A stretch of 64,000 nucleotides of DNA, taken from a virus (taxonomy: Duplodnaviria; Caudoviricetes). A model generated the notes under the pieces. That model was not told the DNA's origin. It worked only from the letters and a program-made list of their open reading frames with translations, and did no database searches. The stretch is taken from positions 29,822 through 93,821 of the IMG/VR virus record IMGVR_UViG_3300010348_001730. One strand, given 5' to 3'. Made by a program: the position numbers and the translations under genes. The first letter of the stretch is position 1. Every line of letters begins with the position of its first letter. This document shows, piece by piece, positions 19,982 through 26,970 of this stretch.

Positions 19982-20770
19982 TCATAAATTGGTTTTTAAA
20001 ATATCTTTTAAAATATTAAAATTAGAAGAATACTTATCATTTTTATGATAATTATTCAGGACGCCTAAATGAAAAAGAGTTTCTTGGAAAGATTTACTTT
20101 GATAAGTTATAAAACTTACAAATTCTTCCACATCTGCTCTTAAAATATATTTTACAACTCGAATGTTGAAAATAAATTTTTCATTACGAATAATATCATT
20201 AACAGTTCTAAGATTATAAACTGCTCGATGATTTAAATCATGTTCGATACTTGGTATATTACCAGTATACTCAGCAAGATAGGTAAAAATAACGTCATTT
20301 TGAATTTTTTCTCTTTCAAGAATTTCTTTAATTCGCATTTCATGACTGCCTGTTATTTTAATATCATCTACAAAGACAAGAATTTCTCCTTCACGAATAC
20401 ATGATTTATCAAGATACATCATGTCTGATGAAATAGCAGCAATACGATCTTCTTTATTCATCAATCCATAATCGTCATCATAAGAATACTCTCTAAAAAT
20501 TTTAGATTGTTTAATTATGATATTTTTTTGAATAAATTGATTTGCTAAAGATGAAAGTAAATAATCTTTTAAAGCATTACTTGCTGCGGGAACATTGTTG
20601 TAAGGTGCTGCATAAAAAACTAATGTAGAACCTTCTTGAAAATCACAAACTTGAGCTAATTGTTGACCAAATTTTCTAGCTTGTGTTTTACTACCATGTT
20701 TGAATTTACTGTAGTCTTGATAAAAGTCTTCAGTAAAACTATCTGATTTAATTAAACTTATTGTCTGCAT
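19982..20770 (-). CDS. Phosphoribosyltransferase-like protein (Ter-cluster associated)
   Basis: PRPP-binding VFVDDIKITGSHE; YSKFKHGS. Confidence 0.75.
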   Translation of the reverse strand: MQTISLIKSDSFTEDFYQDYSKFKHGSKTQARKFGQQLAQVCDFQEGSTLVFYAAPYNNVPAASNALKDYLLSSLANQFIQKNIIIKQSKIFREYSYDDDYGLMNKEDRIAAISSDMMYLDKSCIREGEILVFVDDIKITGSHEMRIKEILEREKIQNDVIFTYLAEYTGNIPSIEHDLNHRAVYNLRTVNDIIRNEKFIFNIRVVKYILRADVEEFVSFITYQSKSFQETLFHLGVLNNYHKNDKYSSNFNILKDILKTNL

Positions 20771-21396
20771 CTTTCTGAAATAATGTGATAAGCATCTTTA
20801 ATTGTTCTGGAATTACTATTAATAATTATTGGTTCAGATCCAGCTCTTTTAGCACCTAAATAATCAGTATTATGATTATCACCAATATGATAATGACTTT
20901 TACTATACATTTCTTTATTAGGTTTACTAACCAAAAGATCACTACTAAAATTAAAATTCGTAAAATAATTAAAAATACCTAAATTATCAATTATTGTAAA
21001 TAATGTTTTAGCTTCAAGTAATAATGTATTACTACTTAATATTAAAAGATGATTTTCTGATAATAAACGGAGATATTTAATCGTATCTTCACTATAAAGT
21101 AATGGTGGATATTTAATAGCTAAATCTTGATAAGCTCTGTAAAACTCAATAGTTTTTAATAAATTTGGATCTGAAGGACTGAAATAACTATTTAATAATT
21201 TAATAATTAATTCTTTTGAAGGTTGCCAACCAGTTCTTTCAATAATACAATCAAGATTGTTTTTGATAGTTTTAAAATTGTGATTACTAAGCATTTCACT
21301 ACAAGAAAAAAACTCTTTTGTAAGTTCTGTTTTCTTTAAATGAAATAATGGAGAACTCTTAATAAGAGTTCCCCATAAATCTATACTAATATTCAT
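20758..21396 (-). CDS. HAD-family hydrolase
   Basis: DLWGTL, LSSN, KP, HIGDNHNTDYLGA. Confidence 0.85.
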   Translation of the reverse strand: MNISIDLWGTLIKSSPLFHLKKTELTKEFFSCSEMLSNHNFKTIKNNLDCIIERTGWQPSKELIIKLLNSYFSPSDPNLLKTIEFYRAYQDLAIKYPPLLYSEDTIKYLRLLSENHLLILSSNTLLLEAKTLFTIIDNLGIFNYFTNFNFSSDLLVSKPNKEMYSKSHYHIGDNHNTDYLGAKRAGSEPIIINSNSRTIKDAYHIISERCRQ

Positions 21397-21410
21397 TTAG
21401 ACTTTTAATT

Positions 21411-21515
21411 TTATGACCAATTAATAGTCTTAACCCAGGCTACAATTTTAGCTCCCCAACCAAGGAAAGTTTCTAAAACCATACCTATGACAATACTGAT
21501 AATAGTTGATAGCAT
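21411..21515 (-). CDS. Small membrane peptide (34 aa, not in ORF track)
   Basis: MLSTIISIVIGMVLETFLGWGAKIVAWVKTINWS; start overlaps the vWA stop. Confidence 0.45.
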   Translation of the reverse strand: MLSTIISIVIGMVLETFLGWGAKIVAWVKTINWS

Positions 21516-22231
21516 TATTTAATAAGGTTTAAATTTCTTGCTTGAGCAACCCATCCAGGAAACTCATTCATCAATGACGGATAGAGTTGAGAGTCTGGGA
21601 AATTCTTAATATCTGAGATACTAAAGAAATTCGCATTATCAATTTTTCTACCTTTTAGATCATCAAGTTTTTGTAAAAAACTAAATGATTCTCTTCCAAT
21701 ACCTACAAATTGTATGAAAAAGCCTTGTTCAGACATACTTCTTACAATATCTTCAGTTTCTGATCTATCAAAATTATCACCATCAGTGATAAAAATGATA
21801 TATACAGGATCTTTCATTTTACCAGGAGTACCGCCAAGACCAAGGAATGAACCTTGTTTTTTAGGTGCAAAATCACGTTGAATTTCTCTCAACACTGGAG
21901 CATAATTAGTACCACCCATAGAGTATTTACCAATTACTTTATTTTGAATGTAGCCATCCAAATTTTTCAAAGTGATGTTTTCAGGTAATTTAACTGAGCC
22001 GTTTTCAAACAAATAGAAATCAACTTCTCCATTGTCATCAAAAGCTAAACCAAGTGGTAAAATTCTTTCTACGGTATCTTGTACAGTACCGTTTGCATAA
22101 AGACTTCCCATTGAACCAGAGTAGTCCAGAGCCAGTACAACTTGAGCTTTTTGAGAACCTAATCCCATATCTTTTTTCAAGTTAAGTACTGACTCTTTTC
22201 TTTCTCTAAGCTTTACTAAATCTAACGCCAT
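21515..22231 (-). CDS. vWA domain protein (TerF-associated type)
   Basis: MIDAS DYSGSM, FDDNG, GGTNYAP, FITDG, QFVGIG, DNANFF. Confidence 0.85.
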   Translation of the reverse strand: MALDLVKLRERKESVLNLKKDMGLGSQKAQVVLALDYSGSMGSLYANGTVQDTVERILPLGLAFDDNGEVDFYLFENGSVKLPENITLKNLDGYIQNKVIGKYSMGGTNYAPVLREIQRDFAPKKQGSFLGLGGTPGKMKDPVYIIFITDGDNFDRSETEDIVRSMSEQGFFIQFVGIGRESFSFLQKLDDLKGRKIDNANFFSISDIKNFPDSQLYPSLMNEFPGWVAQARNLNLIK

Positions 22232-22232
22232 T

Positions 22233-22871
22233 TTATTGATGTTGAGATAATAAAGCGTTTAAATCTCCTGTAAATCCTTGACCTAAAGCACGAACTTTTA
22301 GATCTTCATTGTTCCAGTAGATTTCACCAACAATTACACCTGATTCAATTGAGAAATCCTCTTTCAAATCATAGCGAATATGTTCTTTACCATCAGAACC
22401 TTTGATGCTGCAATAAGCTCCATCAACCATTCCCATAGCTTGTTTTCTCTTATCTGCTTCGTAAATATTTACGGCAATAAGAATTTTCTTGTCTTTTGGT
22501 AATAGAGAAGAATTGATGAATAAAGTTTCATCATCTCCATCACCTTGGCCGGTACGATTGTCTTTAGTAATTACAACAGGAGCATTTGCTAAAATACTCT
22601 TAGCTGTGGCCACCACATCTGTTGAAGAAGCATACGCGACATCAGAAGAGGTTCCTTTACCATCAACATTACCATAGAAAAAGAAATTTGCTTCTGTAGC
22701 ACCTTTTCCATCACTGGCATTAACAATAAGACCAACAACATCAAGATCATAATCATCTTTGACACTGCTGTCATTTTTAACATTCCAACCTAAACCAACT
22801 TGAAGTTCATTTAAGTTTAGATCAGCTTTCTCTAACTTGAGATTCTGACCTTTTTGAAGTGATAGTGACAT
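22233..22871 (-). CDS. terD: TerD-family stress protein
   Basis: SLQKGQ, GLGW, DLD, DNRTGQGDGDDE, GEIY, ALGQG. Confidence 0.88.
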   Translation of the reverse strand: MSLSLQKGQNLKLEKADLNLNELQVGLGWNVKNDSSVKDDYDLDVVGLIVNASDGKGATEANFFFYGNVDGKGTSSDVAYASSTDVVATAKSILANAPVVITKDNRTGQGDGDDETLFINSSLLPKDKKILIAVNIYEADKRKQAMGMVDGAYCSIKGSDGKEHIRYDLKEDFSIESGVIVGEIYWNNEDLKVRALGQGFTGDLNALLSQHQ

Positions 22872-22891
22872 ATAAAAAATTTAAAAATTTA

Positions 22892-23617
22892 CTAATTGTT
22901 TTTCTTACCAAACATGATAGGAAATAGGAATACAGTCAATGTAATAGCACTAAATATTAAATCAGTGTTATGTCCATTAAGAATTGCGTGAATTTTTGTT
23001 TCTGGAAAGAAATCAAATATTCCTGCTAAAGCCATTTTAAGACCTAATAGTAATATTACGTAAAATACACTTAATTCTAATGAAGGATATTTATTAAGTA
23101 TTGATGAAAAATATTGTGCAACAAATCTCATAGCTAATATACCTAATGCTACAGCACTACATACAATCCAGAAATTATTACTTAGACTGACAACTGCTAC
23201 CAGATTATCAATACTAAATACAATATCTAAAAATTCCACCATTACTACTGTAGTCCAGAATTTATTTAAACCTATCCAATTACATAATTTTTGTAACCAA
23301 CCTGGTTCTTTTCCTTCTTCAACACTATCAGGTTCTACTGTTAAATGTGTGTAAAACAAATGACATAAATACAATCCACCTGCAATTTTAAACCACGCTC
23401 CTACAGAAGGATTATAAATAATCCAACTTACAAAAGCTAAAGATAATCCTCTAAAAAGATAAGCTCCAATAATACCATATGTCATGGCATGTTTTCTTTG
23501 TTTCTCATCTTTTAAATTTTTGTTAACAATAACTGCAATAACGCTCGCATTATCAACACTAAGTATAACTTCAATCAATAAGATATTAAGAAATACTAAA
23601 ATACTTGTTGTAATCAT
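22892..23617 (-). CDS. terC: TerC-family membrane protein
   Basis: EVILSVDNA, GAYLFRG, DIVFSIDN, GILAMRF. Confidence 0.9.
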   Translation of the reverse strand: MITTSILVFLNILLIEVILSVDNASVIAVIVNKNLKDEKQRKHAMTYGIIGAYLFRGLSLAFVSWIIYNPSVGAWFKIAGGLYLCHLFYTHLTVEPDSVEEGKEPGWLQKLCNWIGLNKFWTTVVMVEFLDIVFSIDNLVAVVSLSNNFWIVCSAVALGILAMRFVAQYFSSILNKYPSLELSVFYVILLLGLKMALAGIFDFFPETKIHAILNGHNTDLIFSAITLTVFLFPIMFGKKNN

Positions 23618-23712
23618 AATAATTGGTTTTAACTGTTTTCTTTTTTTTTTAATTTACGTAATGTTTGATCTTTTCAATATTTATATTATTATGCTGATAA
23701 CCTTTCTTGAGT

Positions 23713-23762
23713 TGGTTACGAGGACTGGATACCTCCATCTTATAGGTTACGAGCCTAATGAG
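23713..23762 (-). pseudogene. tRNA remnant (3' half only)
   Basis: TAGG-CTCGTAA-CCTA anticodon arm and terminal ...GTAACCA; no canonical T loop, no 5' acceptor strand. Confidence 0.35.
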
Positions 23763-23784
23763 CATTATATAAATATTATTCAAT

Positions 23785-24688
23785 CAGTCAGAGCATACCT
23801 GAATATTTAGCTGAAGACTTAATTTATGAATTTTAAAAATGATAAAGTTAGCACCCTCTTGTCTTATTCACAGAATGGCAACCTTAATAGGTAATCTCTG
23901 CTATTATAAGAGTAGGGTCACGTAGTTTGGTGTTTCAACTCACCAGATTGTTCGCCAAAGCTTTTTTTACTACTTGCTGAGAACTCATTTGTGTTATGTA
24001 GCTAATAGATTTCTCTATAATGTTTGCTTATTGCTACCTGCTTTGATTCCTTTCTCAAGGGAACAACACATCTAGGATTACTCCAAATAAAACTTTTGAG
24101 ATAAAACTGCAAGTTTGCAAACTTTGTTATTCATATTTTTATTTATCCTGTCAATTCAGGATTAGTATCTTTATGTAAATTAATAAGAATGGACTTTAAA
24201 AGTCTGACAAACTTTTTCTTATTTACAAAGGTATTCAATGTTTAACCTTTATTTTATTTTAAAAAGTTAAATATCTCTTATACATAATACTATTACATAT
24301 TACGTTCTGTACTTTCTTTTTTCTAATTAGATTTCTAATCCTTATTAGTTATAGATTTCCCTCAAGATACAATTTCTTATTCCTAGGAAGACTTGTCACT
24401 TATGAGTAAGACTTACGTGAAGGTAGTTCTACCATCATTAATATTTAACTTTTATATTTTAAAAAATCACTTGTCCATATCTAGTGGAATAACTTCATAC
24501 TACACCCCAGTTACGAGGATACCCTCACTACTTCAAACAGCCCATTCAGCACTTTATACATTACGCCTAAGTAGTTACTCTATTATTTTTCATTAACCTT
24601 TACAATAAACACAACTGCTAGTACAGTTTTAATAAGGAGCTTTGTTTCAAGCATTAGAAATCTCTGACATATTTGTTTATCTTCAAGC
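23785..24688 (-). ncRNA. Large structured ncRNA, ROOL/GOLLD-like
   Basis: ~900 nt with no credible ORF; 5' TGAAGA and GTCAGAG are complementary to 3' TCTTCA and CTCTGAC; many hairpins; flanked by tRNAs. Confidence 0.55.
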
Positions 24689-24695
24689 AAGTGAT

Positions 24696-24845
24696 TTATT
24701 TTATTGATTTTAATGAATCTGATTTTCTATAAGCCATAACATCAAAAGTAATTCCTGATTGAGAATTATCATTTCTTGTTTTATGAATTAAAGAACCATT
24801 CATATAAATATAAGTTTCATTATTTTCGTTTAAAACTATAACCAT
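24696..24845 (-). CDS. Small hypothetical protein (start trimmed to lie outside tRNA-Leu)
   Basis: ATG 24845, MVIVLNENNETYIY... Confidence 0.45.
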   Translation of the reverse strand: MVIVLNENNETYIYMNGSLIHKTRNDNSQSGITFDVMAYRKSDSLKSIK

Positions 24846-24859
24846 AATTATAAATTTTG

Positions 24860-24945
24860 TACTCAGAGCGGGACTTGAACCCGCACGGACATTGCTGTTC
24901 ACTGGATTTTAAGTCCAGCGTGTCTACCAATTTCACCATCCGAGC
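24860..24945 (-). tRNA. tRNA-Leu(TAA)
   Basis: CTGGA-CTTAAAA-TCCAG anticodon arm, long variable arm, GGTTCAAGTCC T arm. Confidence 0.95.
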
Positions 24946-24951
24946 AAATGA

Positions 24952-25119
24952 TTAATCAAAATCAAAATCGCTGAAATCATCAATATCAATATCTCCTCCT
25001 TGAAGAAGTATTGCAATTGCTGCTCCAACAGCGGCACCACATAATATATGAAGCATTGTATATTTTATAATACCTCCAATTATTGCACCTAAAACAGTAA
25101 ATACTAATAATAAAATCAT
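24952..25119 (-). CDS. Small membrane protein (start trimmed to lie outside tRNA-Arg)
   Basis: Two hydrophobic helices and acidic tail; ATG 25119. Confidence 0.55.
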   Translation of the reverse strand: MILLLVFTVLGAIIGGIIKYTMLHILCGAAVGAAIAILLQGGDIDIDDFSDFDFD

Positions 25120-25121
25120 AG

Positions 25122-25195
25122 TATCTCCAGTAGGATTCAAACCTACGACCTATAGGTTAGAAACCTATTGCTCTATTCAACTGAGCTATGGAGAC
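25122..25195 (-). tRNA. tRNA-Arg(TCT)
   Basis: GTCTCCA/TGGAGAT acceptor, ATAGG-TTTCTAA-CCTAT anticodon arm. Confidence 0.93.
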
Positions 25196-25201
25196 GTAAA
25201 T

Positions 25202-25342
25202 GCTGTGTACCTGATTGCGCAATAAACAGGTTTTTTCTTTATCTACGGAGTTTATTCTCTTCTCAGCTTACACGCCCTATTGAGTGTTGCTTTGAGTCGT
25301 GTTAGGGCACGTGAATTTGTTGTACAGATAATATAACACAGC
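25202..25342 (-). ncRNA. Unidentified structured RNA
   Basis: GCTGTGT/ACACAGC closing stem with internal hairpins; sits between tmRNA and tRNA-Arg. Confidence 0.4.
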
Positions 25343-25372
25343 TTTTGTTTTTATGAGGAATATCCTCTTTAG

Positions 25373-25729
25373 TGGAGACGGGGAGAGTCGAACTCCCGTC
25401 ATACTAATTTTTCAATAAAATAAATTTACAGCTTTTAGGGTCAAAAGTTTTTGACTACCACCACTTCATTTTATGGTTGAAGAACCTCGATAGCAATTTT
25501 ATTAATTGTCAATTTCCTATTTAAGCTTAGGCAGCTACTAACATTGGTGCAACATAAGTTCCTTTACCAATAACAGTTTCGCTATTAAGAATATTATGAA
25601 CTACTTTCATGTTAGCTTTTACTTGGTTGTTTTCTACGTTTCCGTTTATTGAATTTCACCTTAGTTTACAGTTATCTCTCTGGCTGTTTATTTTACTTAC
25701 TAGATTCGCATTCAAATCCATTCGTCCCC
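25373..25729 (-). ncRNA. ssrA: tmRNA
   Basis: GGGGACG/CGTCTCC acceptor with G3-U70, T arm GGGAGTTCGACTCTCC, internal tag ORF ending LVAA-stop (25643-25527). Confidence 0.93.
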
Positions 25730-25842
25730 TTTCGATTTTTTATTATTTTTCAATTTTTTAATAAATCTAAAAGATTCAATAATTGTTAAAAAAATACACC
25801 AAAAAACAAGAAATATTATTGAAAAATATATTTTATTCATAG

Positions 25843-26935
25843 TCAGATTAATTTTAATAATTCAAATTTCAGTTTTGATTTTTTATTGTTGCTGTAATTA
25901 ATCTTTTCAACTTACATTTTTTTTTCGAGGACTAGTTGCTGACCAATTCGCATAGTTAAATTCGATTCGAACGAATATACACCAGTTTTAATCTAAAATT
26001 GCTGTTAGTAAGTTTGTCAGATAACTCCGATATTCCACACCAAGTGCCTCGGCTATAGGGCTAGGGAATCGAACCCATTTCGTCTCTTGTGACAAAAAAG
26101 TGATAGAGTGAAATTTGCTGTTTGTTATCTTATCAGTAGTGCTTTTTTTGAAGTAATCGGATTTGCAGTCTGAGTTTCATAAAAAATTTGCTGTGACACT
26201 ACTTTTCAATTTCCATTTTAACGAATACAAATTAAAAGTTTGTTGTTTATAAATTTGCTGTTAGGAAATTTATCAGCTTTCATTTTTTGACAACCAGTCT
26301 TCAAGATAGGAATCGAACCTCTCTAGAGCATAATGGAGCTTAAATGTAATTTGCTGTTAGAAAGCTTTTCAGATCATATAATAATACGTGCTCTAACCAA
26401 CTGAGCTAAAGATAAGACATTCTTATCCTCTCAGACTCGAACTGAGGACCACGAGGTTGACAGCCTATTTATAAATTGCAGTAAATGATCTTGTCAGAAT
26501 GTATTTTACGTTGTGTTACATTACACCATGTTGAACGAATGTTCTCACTGGATTTTTACCAGAACCACGGCACCAAAAGCTTTTAAATTGCTGTTGACAT
26601 TCTTATCAGGATACATCTGGTTTTTCAAAGTATAGAAAGTTTTGAATTGCTGTAAATATCCTTATCCTCCTAGTTTCCTAGGGGATTAAATGAATGAGTT
26701 TTCATTATGTTTACAATCAGACATTTAGTATTGAACAGGTGTAGTTTCAATATCTGAAGTTATTAAATAATGTTTCTCATTTTCGTAGCGTGTCTAATTT
26801 TTAGTATTTAGATTTGCTGTTTCTACACCTAAATATCAGCTTGTTATAGCTGTATTGTTAGGGGTGCTCACTTGCAGGCTGTGAGTTAGTCTTAATATAG
26901 GTAAGATTTATAATTGTGAGTTTGCAGTTCATAAC
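25843..26935 (-). ncRNA. Tandem array of ~10-11 Y-RNA-like cassettes (stem-ACWGCAA-cargo-stem) carrying tRNA fragments
   Basis: TTGCWGT on + strand at 25889, 25999, 26115, 26188, 26255, 26351, 26476, 26588, 26647, 26814, 26922, each enclosed by its own 5-8 bp inverted repeat. Confidence 0.8.
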
Positions 26936-26970
26936 CTGACAGGTTAAGTAATGCCGTCCACCCCATATCT

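Noticed and set aside
24892-24898. ACAGCAA motif inside tRNA-Leu
   Set aside because: It is the variable-arm hairpin with a GCAA tetraloop and lacks the cassette stem and linker; probably coincidental.
24696-25140. Full-length ORF-track starts at 24902 and 25140
   Set aside because: Both starts fall inside tRNA genes; the downstream ATGs (24845, 25119) are more plausible.
25843-26935. CRISPR array interpretation of the repeated units
   Set aside because: Only 7 nt plus the linker are conserved, unit length varies from about 55 to 125 nt, stems differ per unit, and no cas genes are present.
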